Shown here piece after piece: positions 10,870 through 22,247 of a DNA stretch of 64,000 bases. The position numbers were made by a program, and so were the translations under genes. The DNA lies in the NCBI GenBank assembly GCA_963777505.1, contig CAVZQN010000001.1, forward strand, positions 448,001 to 512,000, given 5' to 3'. The DNA comes from an uncultured bacterium (lineage in GTDB: Bacteria > Acidobacteriota > HRBIN11 > JAKEFK01). The stretch's first letter is position 1; each line of letters opens with the position of its first letter. The notes under the pieces are model-generated. The model was not told where the DNA came from. It did no database searches and saw only the letters and a program-made list of their open reading frames with translations.

Positions 10870-13280
10870 CAATTCTATTTCCCAATGAAGACGGCGAATG
10901 GAGCCAGTGTGATATCACTCAACGGTAGTTCACTTTGCTTTTGGTCTGGACTGGTCAGTATTGCGGTTTCATAAATTTGATTCAACGATTCCATGCTGGT
11001 TAAGGTCGACTGCAACTTTTCGCGGTTGTGAGCTCATGTTTAACGCAACGAGTACTACATCACGGGTTGAAGGAATTTCTTCGCTGACCATGGAGAGAAC
11101 ATGTTGGTCTTCACGGTTCAGGGCAATGTATGATCCATTTCTTAACGCAGGACTTTGACGGCGCAGATTGATTAATTGTTTGTAGAAATTCAAAATTGAA
11201 TTTGGATTTTTATCGTCTACAGCAACATTTCTTGTTTTAGAACTTTCGGGTACAGGAAGCCAGGTTTTAGATTGCACTGCTGAAACCTGGTTTAAGGTTG
11301 TGTCCACATTGCAAGCACAATCAGTGAGCGCTCTCCGACACGTTCTTGGTCAGTGGAAGCCAGCTTTGGTTTACCAACCGGATCAGCTCAACAATCCTTT
11401 CAACGCGTTTTAGAGCGTGTCATGATCCCGATTGCATCTCCCTAATAACGTGCGGTTAGCGCGCGTGGCGATAGGAAAACGCCGTTGCTGCAATTTCCGC
11501 AATTGTGATGCATTCAAGTTTTTGCGCCATCACACGAACTACTCGGTCGCTGCATTGCACTTTGTTGACTCACTGATTGCAGATAGCAGGAAATCGGAGT
11601 TGTCCAGCGGCTCACGTCATCGGTGACAATTCGATCGCTCCTCAATTTGCGGACGAATAGCCGATGAATGATTTACAAGCGCAAATTGAAAATCCATCGG
11701 CAATTGAACCTCATCATTCTGTCCATACATTTTGCAAGCTCTGCAATGTTAGGCTGATCTGCCATCACGATATAGGTCCGGATGTCTAGGATAGCGATCC
11801 ACCGATTTGCGGCATTTCGCGCAAGAGATCATGCACTTCAGGAAGATCATCTGCGTAATGCTGATCGATTTCAGGACTTGCCATACGCGTCACTTTGCCT
11901 GGCAACAAGATCAGGCTCAGCCGCTGAAATTCGGATCCTTCAAGCCAAATCGCGAAATCGCATCAGCATGATTCAATCCTGTACCGACATCACGATGCTT
12001 CTTTCCATAAAGCTTTGTCACCTGCTCCAGCGAAGATCTTAACTGAGGCTCTGCTGCTTCATACGAACCAAGACCGTAATACGTTTTTCCTATTGTGCTG
12101 CGAACAGCCGCTTGAATTTCAGGCTGGCTTGAAAGCTCCAATTCAACTCGCTGCGAAGCTTCGTTCAAAACTTTCGCAACAGTAACATCCTTACCTTGAA
12201 CTTCCGGATCAGCAGAACTCAACATGGTCTGAATGAATTGATTGATTTGTGCAGCCTTTTCCGCTTCGATTCGAGCTTTATCCCTTTGTTGAGCGCAATC
12301 TTTGCCTGTGTAATGTCGATCAAATCCACCGATCAATGTCAGAACTACAACAGTCGCAACAGCAACAGCCATAGTATTACGTTTGATAAATTTGCCGGTA
12401 CGATAGCTCAAGGTATCTTTTCTTGCTAATACTGGCATTCCTTCGAGATGTCGTTCGATATCTTCTGAGAATGTTGGACCGATGCATAACGCCTTTGCTG
12501 GATCTTACTGCAGGCCAAATGTTCTCCAGACCACGAAGGCCAAATCTTCGGGGGCTGATCGGAGCTTTTCCATCACGCCAGATGTACCGATCACGTTGCT
12601 CGGATTTTTGCGAGCCGATTTCGATTCCTTGAACCAGGAATGTTGATCTGAAGTATGATTTGGAACAAGATCCACAATGATCCGGATATTTCTTTTCTTT
12701 CCTTCGGCAACCAAGCCGAGTCAAAATCTGCCATTGTGCCATATTGCGAATCGATACTATGTGATCTGAAACATCGTCAGCCAAAGTCTACTTGCGGTAA
12801 AGACGGCGAGCATTGGTAGTAAGTCATCACAGTATTGCATCGATAGGAGTCCACTTCAACATAATCCAAGACCAAATATCGTGAATGCCCTTCATTGGTC
12901 TTACCGCCATCCAAAAGTCTTGCGATGTTAGGATGATCGAGATTTGCGAGGATTTGCCTTTCTCGGATGAAACCTTTGAAACCTCAAGTACATCATCGAC
13001 GCACGGTTTCATCAACTTAATTGCAACATGCTTCCTAAATCTGATTGATCAGCGCGGGCGGCGAGTATGAAACTGCACCCATCGCACCATAACCGAATTT
13101 CAGAATGATCTTGTAAGGCCCTATTCTTTCTGTGTGAATCGAGTCCGTTAGGCATAGAGGGATAGCGATTGAACTGCTCGAACAATATACTACAGGCTTC
13201 CGACATTCATTTTGGAACTGTGTACTGGCTTTACAGATTTTGTGATGAAATAGTCGCAGCAAGACGATCGTCAACTAGGA
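10870..13280 (-). other. scrambled mosaic of GH13 alpha-glucosidase and Ser/Thr kinase-TPR fragments
   Basis: GH13 pieces ([11 protein letters not shown] ~12.6 kb; MYGQNDEVQLPMDFQF ~11.7 kb; SILNFYKQLINLRR ~11.2 kb) alternate with kinase pieces (IGPYKI..GYGAMG ~13.1 kb; PVLARKDTLSYRTGKFIKRN plus TPR at 11.9-12.4 kb). Confidence 0.65.
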
Positions 13281-13287
13281 GAAAACA

Positions 13288-14208
13288 ATGGCCTATTTCA
13301 TTCTGATTCTTTTTCTTTTGTTTACCGCAACTGCAAATGCACAGAGAGATGATTTCAGTAAGGTTGAAATCAAAGTGACACGCGTTGCTGGAACGGTTTA
13401 TATGCTGGAAGGCGCTGGCGGAAATATTGCCGCTTCAGTGGGCGAAGATGGAATTGTTATTGTTGATGATCAATATGCGCCGCTTGTGGAAAAAATCCGC
13501 GCCGCTCTTAAAGGGATCACTGACAAACCAGTCCGCTTTGTTATCAATACGCATTATCATTTTGATCATACAGGCGGCAATGCTGATTTCAGTAAAACAT
13601 CCACACTCGTCGCACATGAGAACGTTCGAAAACGTCTCGAAAAAGGCGGCGTCGCAGGAAACGGCGGCTCTGTTCGCTTTGATCTCAAACCAGAACCGAA
13701 AGAAGCGCTTCCAATCATTACCTATTTGCACGATGTTTCACTCCATTTGAATGGAGAAACGATTCGCGCGTTGCATTATCCTTCCGGACACACAGATGGC
13801 GATAGCATCGTCTATTTTGAGAAATCGAATGTGGTCCATATGGGCGATAATTTTGTAACTTACGGTTTTCCTTTTATCGATATCATGGCCGGCGGCAGTG
13901 TTGAAGGGATGATTAAAGGAGTCGAGTCTGCTATGGCTCAATTTCCAGCAGATGTAAAAGTGATTCCTGGCCACGGCCAGATCTGCAGTAAAAGCGATGT
14001 CACGACTTATGTAACCATGTTGAAAGAAACATCCACAGCTGTAAAAAAAGCGTTAGCGGAAAAGAAAACTCTGGAAGAAATGAAGAAGCAAAACATTCTG
14101 GAACCATGGAAAAAGTACAGCGGAGACTTTATCTCTTCCGACGCCTTTATCGAGACTCTCTACAACTCATTCACAGGCAAAAAGGATTCAGCCTTCATAA
14201 AGCATTGA
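13288..14208 (+). CDS. MBL-fold metallo-hydrolase (cyclase-like), secreted
   Basis: Signal peptide; THYHFDHTGGN, GHTDGD and IPGHG motifs. Confidence 0.85.
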   Translation: MAYFILILFLLFTATANAQRDDFSKVEIKVTRVAGTVYMLEGAGGNIAASVGEDGIVIVDDQYAPLVEKIRAALKGITDKPVRFVINTHYHFDHTGGNADFSKTSTLVAHENVRKRLEKGGVAGNGGSVRFDLKPEPKEALPIITYLHDVSLHLNGETIRALHYPSGHTDGDSIVYFEKSNVVHMGDNFVTYGFPFIDIMAGGSVEGMIKGVESAMAQFPADVKVIPGHGQICSKSDVTTYVTMLKETSTAVKKALAEKKTLEEMKKQNILEPWKKYSGDFISSDAFIETLYNSFTGKKDSAFIKH

Positions 14209-14304
14209 GCAGTGGTTGTTCCAATAGTTGCTTAAGAAGTGACGATAGTTGCTCTATCACCTGGAAAGAGTATCGCTTCTACTCGGAATGCTGTTTCTAA
14301 ATTC

Positions 14305-14320
14305 TGGCATGTCGGTTGCT
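14305..14320 (+). promoter_or_regulatory. sigma54 (-24/-12) promoter
   Basis: TGGCATGTCGGTTGCT (GG-N10-GC), followed by AGGAG RBS and ATG14355. Confidence 0.65.
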
Positions 14321-14354
14321 TCCTGAAGCTGTATCGAAGCAAAAGGAGAACGAC

Positions 14355-14648
14355 ATGCGAATCGAACATGGTAACAATGTATATAAAGCTGCTCAAAAAC
14401 AGGAAGAATCTCAACATCCATCTAAAGAAGAGATTGTAAAAAGAGTTCAAGAGAGTTTTGATCAATTCGACAACAATCCAAGAAACATCTCATATGATGA
14501 TATTGTCAGCCATTTCACCACTCCTCCGACGCCTCCAGAAGTTGTTGGCGCAGCAAATGCTGCTGACATTCCTGAAGAAGCGCTTGATAAACTCAGGCAA
14601 CAAGTAGCAGTTTCTGCTGATCAAAATAAGTCTGAGAAAAAAGATTGA
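14355..14648 (+). CDS. small hydrophilic hypothetical protein
   Basis: AGGAG RBS; ORF starting MRIEHGNN; no recognisable domain. Confidence 0.6.
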   Translation: MRIEHGNNVYKAAQKQEESQHPSKEEIVKRVQESFDQFDNNPRNISYDDIVSHFTTPPTPPEVVGAANAADIPEEALDKLRQQVAVSADQNKSEKKD

Positions 14649-14661
14649 GTCACCCCGGCGT

Positions 14662-15639
14662 TTAGTCGTTTAGTTTTATCGTGCTTTGTCTTTGCCTATT
14701 CACAATCAGTTGCGTGACATCTGGCCGTGAATAGTGTCCGACCGGATCAAAGTTTTGTCTTTCTTCGCGAACGTGGCGGTGATTGATTGTTGCAACCAGC
14801 AATTTGTCTTGATCGGCAAGAGGTTCAATGATCCATTGTCCATCCGGTCCTGCAAGACAGGATCCTCCATTCGCAAGGACATCCGGAACATTAGCCAGGA
14901 TTTTTTGAAGATGAGGTGTTTCAGGTGGAAAATCTTCTTTACGCATTAATCCGCAAACCGACATTACAAAAGAGCGTGATTCCTTTGCAATGAAGCGGGT
15001 GATGTCTTGTGTGTTATGAGTTCCACCTGGCCAAATGGCTACATGGAAATCTTCACCCTGGGCGTACAATGCAGCACGTGGCAAGGGCATCCAATTTTCC
15101 CAACAGTTCAGACCGCCAACTGTGAATGCACCCAAACGGTGTGTTCGCAATCCATGTCCATCACCGGGGGACCAGGTCAAGCGCTCTTCATAAGTTGGCA
15201 TCAGCTTGCGGTGTACGGATCCGATTTGTCCTTGCGGATCTATATATACTAATGAAGCGTACAAACTATGACCGCCGCGATCTGCGGCGCGTTCGATGCA
15301 TCCAACGATTACGGCAATACGATTTTCAGCAGCCGTTTCACAAAGCGATTTCAAGTCACCATTTTCAATCTGCACCGCTTCATGCATATAAAATGCATGA
15401 ATTTCTTTTTGGACGCTTGAGTTGAATCGCGCGCCATCGGTATGTTCAATCCAAAATGGATAGCCGGGAATAAGCGCTTCACCAAATCCAACGAGATGGC
15501 ATCCCTGTCTTGCTGCAAGTTTTATTTTTTCTACTACCTTGCCTAACGTTTTTTCGCGATTGAGCCAGACAGGCGCAATTTGAGCCAATCCAACGGTTAA
15601 TAATTCAGGATTATCAGTGCGTATTTGATCAACCATCAT
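14662..15639 (-). CDS. nitrilase (carbon-nitrogen hydrolase)
   Basis: E-K-C triad in GEALIPGYP, HRKLMPTYEER and LNCWENWMP; DPVGHYSRPD motif. Confidence 0.9.
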   Translation of the reverse strand: MMVDQIRTDNPELLTVGLAQIAPVWLNREKTLGKVVEKIKLAARQGCHLVGFGEALIPGYPFWIEHTDGARFNSSVQKEIHAFYMHEAVQIENGDLKSLCETAAENRIAVIVGCIERAADRGGHSLYASLVYIDPQGQIGSVHRKLMPTYEERLTWSPGDGHGLRTHRLGAFTVGGLNCWENWMPLPRAALYAQGEDFHVAIWPGGTHNTQDITRFIAKESRSFVMSVCGLMRKEDFPPETPHLQKILANVPDVLANGGSCLAGPDGQWIIEPLADQDKLLVATINHRHVREERQNFDPVGHYSRPDVTQLIVNRQRQSTIKLND

Positions 15640-15806
15640 TCACCTCGTGAAGGTATAGCTTATCCAACTTTGCCAAGAAAAGAGAACTCGTGTAAGTTTC
15701 ATAAAAGTGATTTGAATTCGAATCGAGATGAATCGCTTGCCATTATAGGCACTTCATGAGATCGTTCCTTTAATATTCAAGAATGATCCAAACTCCCGGA
15801 GGTTAA

Positions 15807-17148
15807 ATGAAAGAACTAGAAGCGATGCTTGGCTCAATCAGTAATTGGGTTTGGGGACCACCCATGCTAATTCTGCTAGTAGGCACCCACATCTTTTTAA
15901 CCTTCAGGTTAAAAATCATTCAACGGTACTTGGGAACTGCCATCAAACTTTCATTTAAACGAACGAAAGAAGGAACGGGAGATGTCAGTCAATTTGGAGC
16001 GCTCACCACAGCACTCGCTGCAACGATCGGAACGGGAAATATTGTGGGTGTTGCTACAGCGATCGCCGCAGGTGGACCAGGAGCTGTTTTATGGATGTGG
16101 CTTACGGGCGTTTTCGGAATTGCTACGAAATATTCTGAAGCAGTACTCTCGGTAAAATACCGCATCACTACCGATCAGGGAATGATGGCGGGCGGTCCAA
16201 TGTATGTGCTTGAACGGGGGATGAACAAGAAATGGTTGGGCACTGTTTTCGCTGCGCTGACTGCTGTCGCTGCTTTCGGTATTGGCAATATGGTGCAAGC
16301 GAATTCGATTTCAACTCTGGTTCATGAAACTTTCAACATTTCACCCTGGATTAGTGGCATTGTAATGACTGTTTTTACGGCTGTTGTGATTTTAGGTGGA
16401 ATTAAATCGATCGCTACAGTTTGCGAAAAGCTCGTTCCATTTATGGCCATTTTTTATGTAATTGGCTGCGCGATCTTATTGGTGATGAAATACTCAACCA
16501 TTCCTGAAACCATTCAACTCATTTTTAGCAGTGCATTCACTGGACAAGCAGCGATTGGAGGATTTCTCGGAGCCGGAATGAAGGAAGCGATCCGCTATGG
16601 CGTAGCGCGTGGACTTTTTTCAAATGAATCCGGATTAGGAAGTGCACCGATTGTTGCGGCTGCAGCACAAACAAAAAATCCAGTACGGCAAGCTCTTGTT
16701 TCCTCAACCGGAACTTTCTGGGATACCGTTGTTGTCTGCGCGATGACTGGACTGGTCCTGGTTAACTCTGGTGAATGGACTCGCGGATTACAGGGCTCTT
16801 CATTAACGAAAGCTGCATTTTCTGAATTACATACGGTCGGCCCGATTGTATTAACGATTGGATTACTGACTTTTGTATTCTCCACAATTCTTGGATGGTC
16901 TTACTACGGCGAAAAAGCTGCCGAATATTTGTTCGGATCGCGAGTGATTAAACCCTATCGTTTGTTGTGGGTTGTTGCTGTAATGATCGGCTCGGTTGCT
17001 TCTCTACCCGATGGTTTGGTCTTTTGCAGATATCGCCAATGGATTGATGGCTATTCCAAATCTCATTTCCTTGCTTGTTCTCAACAAGGTAATTGTGTCA
17101 GAGACAAAAAAATATCTATGGAGCGAGAATCTGGATCAATCTGCTTGA
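15807..17148 (+). CDS. sodium:alanine/glycine symporter (AGCS/AlsT family), frameshift near 3' end
   Basis: [19 protein letters not shown] and [15 protein letters not shown] motifs; the shifted frame gives [13 protein letters not shown], ending at TGA17148. Confidence 0.88.
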
Positions 17149-17167
17149 AGCGTTTTTAAACGCCGGG

Positions 17168-18214
17168 TTACTCCACTTGCATTAATCCTTCATCGTATTT
17201 TTCGCGAGCCCTGTCGGCGTCCGCTTTAGTGAGTGGTGCGAATCCGGAGCCAGTCTTTTTCATTTGTTCGATGTAGTTATTGTATTCAGGTGATCCGCCA
17301 TAGTGGATTTGAGGTTTCCCAGGCGTGGATTCAGGATCGTAAATAAATGTGCGGCCTTTATCGTCCTTGCCTGCAACGACCCAGTGATTGGGTGATCCGT
17401 CGCCATCAGTATCCAGGTTGACCGGCCAGCTTTGACCGTTTTTGAAAATTTTATCCGGAAGCCCCGGCCCTGCCGGTGGAGTGAGACCGGCAGCAGTATA
17501 AAGCGAATGCATATCTCCATCCAAAACTCCTTTTCCACCTTTTGGATCGGGTACAGCGTATCCGCTATGAATCATTTCGCTTAGCTTTGCTAAATCTCCG
17601 TGCGTTGCCGTTTTGTCTTTTATCCGCTTTTCGATTTCATCGAGTTCTTTTGATGGTGGTAAATTCTTTTTCATAGCACCGGTAAGCTTCAGTAGTCCCT
17701 GTTCTCCACCGCTGTTAATGGCCGATGCAATTACTGCAGTCCCGCCGCATCGATCTTTATCTTCCGTAGTTTTTGGATTTTGATCATGTTGCGAAAGGTT
17801 TTGCAAAACTTTTTCGCGATCCATTTTGCCACTGTCGAAAATCGGCGTATTGTCAGGTACACGTGCTTCTGGTTTATAAGGGACTCCTGCAGGAGATGAC
17901 GGCTGCGATGAAAGTTTTTCGGTGACCCAACCTGAAACTTCGACTTTCTTTTCAACCACTGGATAAGTTCCACCAATAAGATCACTCGTAGTCGAAGCTG
18001 AAGCGGATTTGAACGACTCTTGAAGAGTCTGGCGCATCACTTCACCTGAAATTTGCGATTCAGATGTTTTCGCTGCTTTTCCTTCCGATGTTAAAGGCTG
18101 AGTGGTAGAAGAATTCTGCTGCGCATTGCCAGTAGTCTTTTGCGTCTCCGGCGATGACTCACTCGAAGTAGTTGCCGATACCGATTTGTTGCTAATGCCT
18201 TTAATATCGCTCAT
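17168..18214 (-). CDS. hypothetical protein: Ser/Thr-rich N-terminus plus papain-like (Cys-His-Asp) domain
   Basis: GGAGG RBS before MSDIKGIS; LSQ...DRCGGTA and NHWVVAG...FIYDP motifs. Confidence 0.55.
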   Translation of the reverse strand: MSDIKGISNKSVSATTSSESSPETQKTTGNAQQNSSTTQPLTSEGKAAKTSESQISGEVMRQTLQESFKSASASTTSDLIGGTYPVVEKKVEVSGWVTEKLSSQPSSPAGVPYKPEARVPDNTPIFDSGKMDREKVLQNLSQHDQNPKTTEDKDRCGGTAVIASAINSGGEQGLLKLTGAMKKNLPPSKELDEIEKRIKDKTATHGDLAKLSEMIHSGYAVPDPKGGKGVLDGDMHSLYTAAGLTPPAGPGLPDKIFKNGQSWPVNLDTDGDGSPNHWVVAGKDDKGRTFIYDPESTPGKPQIHYGGSPEYNNYIEQMKKTGSGFAPLTKADADRAREKYDEGLMQVE

Positions 18215-18312
18215 TGGGAACCTCCACAAGAAAATTCGATGACTCATTTTTATTTTCGCCTGGAGCGAAAAAAAATCGCCACCTGTACAGGTAGGTGCGG
18301 GATGGTGGAGAG

Positions 18313-18633
18313 ACCAGCCTTTCAGGAAAATGAGAGAGCAGCGCTTGCGGCTTCTTTCAAAGTCTTCATCGCCTGGAGATACGGATATGGACCATAGCTA
18401 ATACGGGAAACTCCCACTTCAGCAAGTTGTTTTGATGAAGGTGCATCCGGTTGATACATAATATTGATCGGCAGAGGTGAACGTTCGCAAAGCGTTTCAA
18501 TGAATGCAATATTGATCAATCCCGGAACAAAAAAGCCAGTCGCACCGGAATCTGCATAAGCCGAAGCCCGGCTTAAAGCTTCTTCGAGTTGGCTCTCATT
18601 GTGAGGAGCAGAATCGGCATTTAAGAAAATATC
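18313..18633 (-). repeat. partial duplicate (3' ~320 bp) of the ICL/PEP-mutase gene at 22248..23021
   Basis: Direct repeat of 22239..22559 with about 8 substitutions counted by eye; has no 5' part. Confidence 0.9.
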
Positions 18634-18675
18634 TCAAGCCGGACTGAAGCGAACCAAAGCCGAGTTATGTTTGCG

Positions 18676-21354
18676 TTATCGTGGTGTGCGAATTAAATCA
18701 GTCCAGTTCAAAATTACGTTGATTGGAGGACTCGATTGCGCTGTCGCTGTGGAGCTCGAAACAAGAAAGCGCTGGCCATCTGCTGTAACATCGTAATCCG
18801 AGCCATACGGATAAAATGTAGAGGCCGTTATTGGAGCTTTGAATAAAACACGGGGAACACCGGCAACGAAATTTCCTGCGTTGCCATTCACTTCAACTGC
18901 AACGACTTTTCTATCCAACGATAGATAGAACAATTCTTTTCCGTCGCGGCGCCATCTTGGCTGGGCTCCGCCATCCGCAGAAATTCGCCATTTTTTTCCT
19001 GATACAGGAAAGGATTGTACGTACACTTCATAATCTCCAGATTCATCTGACGTATACGCGATCCATCCTCCATCAGGTGAAAATGAAGCTTGAAATTCAT
19101 CGAATTCGGTTTGCAGATAAGGTGAGATTTTCTTTTCTAAGAAATTCATTACCCATATGTCGTTTCTTTTGCCGTACCTGTAGCCGGCTATAAACTTACC
19201 ATCAGATGACCAATCGCTAAGATAAAGGGACTCTTTTAGCAGAACCTGTTCTTCGCCAGCTCCGGTGGAGGACATCAGCAAGATATTAGGTGTATTCGTT
19301 AAAGTTGCTCTGCAATACACAACAGATTTTCCATCGGGAGACCAGACGGGGGTTTCATCAAATTCAGGACGGTATGTCAGGCGAGTTGATACATTGCGCG
19401 AAATATCGGTCACCCAAACATCAGGGGTTAAAGCATCGGGATCACCGCGCAGCCAAGCAACTTGAGTACCGTCCGGGGACAGACGATGGAATCGTGAATC
19501 AACACTATTTTCTAGCTCTCCAACCTGCCCTTGCTGAACACCATTTCGGCCATACCATAAGAATTCAACATCCGACAGTTGGCCTGGCCAATATGCAATC
19601 ACGCCATTATCGGAAACTGAAATCGCAGACTGGCCCGTTGCACTCATCCGTCCACGTTTCGCGATCGGAAACGCTTCGCCCTGAATCCGAAGCGATTGGG
19701 GATCAAACGATTGCGCCAGCATAGCGAAATCTTTGAGATACAAAAGATAGCCGGGAGGCGCATAACTGACCCTGGAACCAGAATCCAACACAAATCTTTT
19801 TTCAGAGGAATCCAGTGAACCAGAATAGATACCTTGATTCTTTTTTGTAAACCGGATCAGATATAGAAAATGGCGCCCATCTGGCAGAAATACTGGAAAG
19901 CGGTGCGTAAGTTCCCCCGCTGATTGATCTAGTTCCGTAACTTGTTTTGGTTTACCTCCATCAGCAGGAACCTGATAAAGTGGACCATTTGGTTGATCAG
20001 CAAAAATGATGATGTTGCTGTTTCCCCAGAAGCCGCCTCGATTTCGAGATGCGTCACATAAAACTTGGGGACGTCCGCCTGAAATCGATATCTTCATTAA
20101 TTTGCCTCTTGCAAAAAACGCAATATACCGGCTGTCGGGTGACCAGAATGGGTTCGTGGAATGTTCTGTGCCTGGAAGCTGACGAGCTTCAGGCTCTTTC
20201 AACGGACGCAGCCAGAGCGTTCTTCTACCATCTGCATTGTTATTAAAGGCAACATACTTACCATCCGGTGAGATTGCTACGGGGCCTGTCCCGGTAAAAA
20301 AGGCGCTGGGATCCGGAGGATGAATCGACAATTGGATTGCAGATTTTTGATGCTGAGGTAAAGATTTGGAAAAATATGCGACTGCAAAGGCCGCTGCGGC
20401 AAGTGCTCCCAATGCTGTTAAAACCCATGGTAGCTTTTGAAAACTCCTATGAGAAACCATCGCAGTCGCTGATGCTTCAGGCTGCGAAATGCTTTCTAAA
20501 ATTCCTTGCAGTTCCAGCATGACATCATGTGCAGTTTGCCATCGCAAATCAGGATCCTTTGCAAGACAAATTTTTATAAGACGCTCAAGCGCGCGTGGTG
20601 TTAACGGCTGAATGCTGGAGATTGGGTGGGGCTCAGCAGACATGATTGCTGTGATCAAGCTTGCGCGGCTTTTTCCTATAAATGCTTTTTTGCCTGTAGC
20701 CATTTCGTAAAGCACAGCACCAAGCGCAAAAATGTCTGTGCGTGTATCTGCTCTCCCTTCTTCTAATTGTTCCGGAGACATGTATTGAAATGTCCCCATG
20801 ATTGTTCCTTCGGCAGTGAGTTCTCTCTCTTCGGTTGCAAGCTCCGATAGTGAATCTGATTTCAATTGAGCTGCAGCTTCAAATTTTGCTAACCCAAAAT
20901 CAAGCAACTTTGCGCCCGATTTTGTCAACATGATATTGCCCGGTTTCAAATCACGATGAACGATTCCTTGCTTATGTGCATTGTGCAGAGCATCAGCAAT
21001 CTGAATTCCATAGCGAACTGTTTGTTCAATCGGAAGAGCGCCTTTCGTTAGTTTTTCTGCGAGAGTCTCCCCTTCCAGGAATTCCATGACAAGATAATCG
21101 ATTCCATTTTGATGACCGATATCATGGAGAGTACAAATATGTGGATGGTTCAAGCTTGAAACTGCACGGGCTTCACGTTCAAAGCGCTGTTTCAAATCAG
21201 TATTTGCCGATAAGTGCGAGGGTAATACTTTGACAGCAACTGTGCGGTTTAATCGCGTATCGATCGCTCGATAAACTTCACCCATTCCACCGGCACCGAG
21301 CGCAGATTGAATTTCAAAGTGGCCAAGCTTCGTACCGGCTTTTAGTGACATCAA
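18676..21354 (-). CDS. Ser/Thr kinase with TM and TolB-like/PD40 beta-propeller repeats
   Basis: GAGGMG, HRDLKPGN, DFG and YMSPEQ motifs; repeated WSPDG/FSPDG. Confidence 0.92.
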   Translation of the reverse strand: MMSLKAGTKLGHFEIQSALGAGGMGEVYRAIDTRLNRTVAVKVLPSHLSANTDLKQRFEREARAVSSLNHPHICTLHDIGHQNGIDYLVMEFLEGETLAEKLTKGALPIEQTVRYGIQIADALHNAHKQGIVHRDLKPGNIMLTKSGAKLLDFGLAKFEAAAQLKSDSLSELATEERELTAEGTIMGTFQYMSPEQLEEGRADTRTDIFALGAVLYEMATGKKAFIGKSRASLITAIMSAEPHPISSIQPLTPRALERLIKICLAKDPDLRWQTAHDVMLELQGILESISQPEASATAMVSHRSFQKLPWVLTALGALAAAAFAVAYFSKSLPQHQKSAIQLSIHPPDPSAFFTGTGPVAISPDGKYVAFNNNADGRRTLWLRPLKEPEARQLPGTEHSTNPFWSPDSRYIAFFARGKLMKISISGGRPQVLCDASRNRGGFWGNSNIIIFADQPNGPLYQVPADGGKPKQVTELDQSAGELTHRFPVFLPDGRHFLYLIRFTKKNQGIYSGSLDSSEKRFVLDSGSRVSYAPPGYLLYLKDFAMLAQSFDPQSLRIQGEAFPIAKRGRMSATGQSAISVSDNGVIAYWPGQLSDVEFLWYGRNGVQQGQVGELENSVDSRFHRLSPDGTQVAWLRGDPDALTPDVWVTDISRNVSTRLTYRPEFDETPVWSPDGKSVVYCRATLTNTPNILLMSSTGAGEEQVLLKESLYLSDWSSDGKFIAGYRYGKRNDIWVMNFLEKKISPYLQTEFDEFQASFSPDGGWIAYTSDESGDYEVYVQSFPVSGKKWRISADGGAQPRWRRDGKELFYLSLDRKVVAVEVNGNAGNFVAGVPRVLFKAPITASTFYPYGSDYDVTADGQRFLVSSSTATAQSSPPINVILNWTDLIRTPR

Positions 21355-21499
21355 CTCATTTCAACATAACAACCGCAGAATGCCAAACAGACTCACGAAA
21401 TCATCAAGCTCAGATTGTAATGTCCGTGTAATGTTTGGGTAATAATCCAGCATTATCGTACCAACGACAGCTTGAAGCGTATGAATAAGCGAGGAAATT

Positions 21500-22213
21500 A
21501 TGAATATTCAAAAACTTGTGTTGAGTTTATTAGTGCTATTGATTTTCACTGTGGCTCCATCTCTGTCATGGTCGAAGGATCGGAAAGCACAAATTCCCCT
21601 TGATGACGCCAGGATGATCATTGAGTTCAACTCCACGGATGAGGATGTCGGTATTCAGGTTTTCCTTGATGGAGAACCCTGGCAGAAAGTCTCAATCGTT
21701 AATCCGAATGGAAATAAAATTCTTGATGTATTCGGCAGGAATAGACTCTCGGGTCTCGCTTAACAGAACTTTTTTTTGAAAGTAATGAGCCCTCCCTTGA
21801 TGAAATGCCACTGCAGGAGTTCCTGGCATTATTTCCGGCGGGACAATACAGATTTACCGATGCAACTGTTGAAGGCGAAACATTGGAAGCTGTTGCAACG
21901 TTCACACACTATATTCCTGATGGACCCTCGATTGTTGCACCCGAAAGAAGGGCTGTCCTCGATCCAAAGAAAGCGATTATTCGATGGGATCCTGTTACAA
22001 CACCGGCAGGAATTCAAATCAGCGGTTATCAGGTCATTGTGGAAGGTGGAACACCACTACGAGTATTGAGTATCGATTTGCCGGCTACGGCAACAAGCGT
22101 AAAAATTTCAGCCGAATTTTTAGAGCCCGACACCAATTACCAGTTCGAAATTCTGGCAAAAGAGGCAGGCGGAAATCAAAACCATTTCGCAAAGAGCCTT
22201 CAGTACTCAGTAA
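21500..22213 (+). CDS. secreted hypothetical protein with FnIII-like C-terminus (frameshifted)
   Basis: Signal peptide; ORFs 21500..21763 and 21805.. join. FnIII-like pattern W.PV...GYQV...YQFEILA; probable stop TAA22213. Confidence 0.55.
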
Positions 22214-22247
22214 ATCCCAAGATGATGCGTGGCGAACAACCAGCCTT

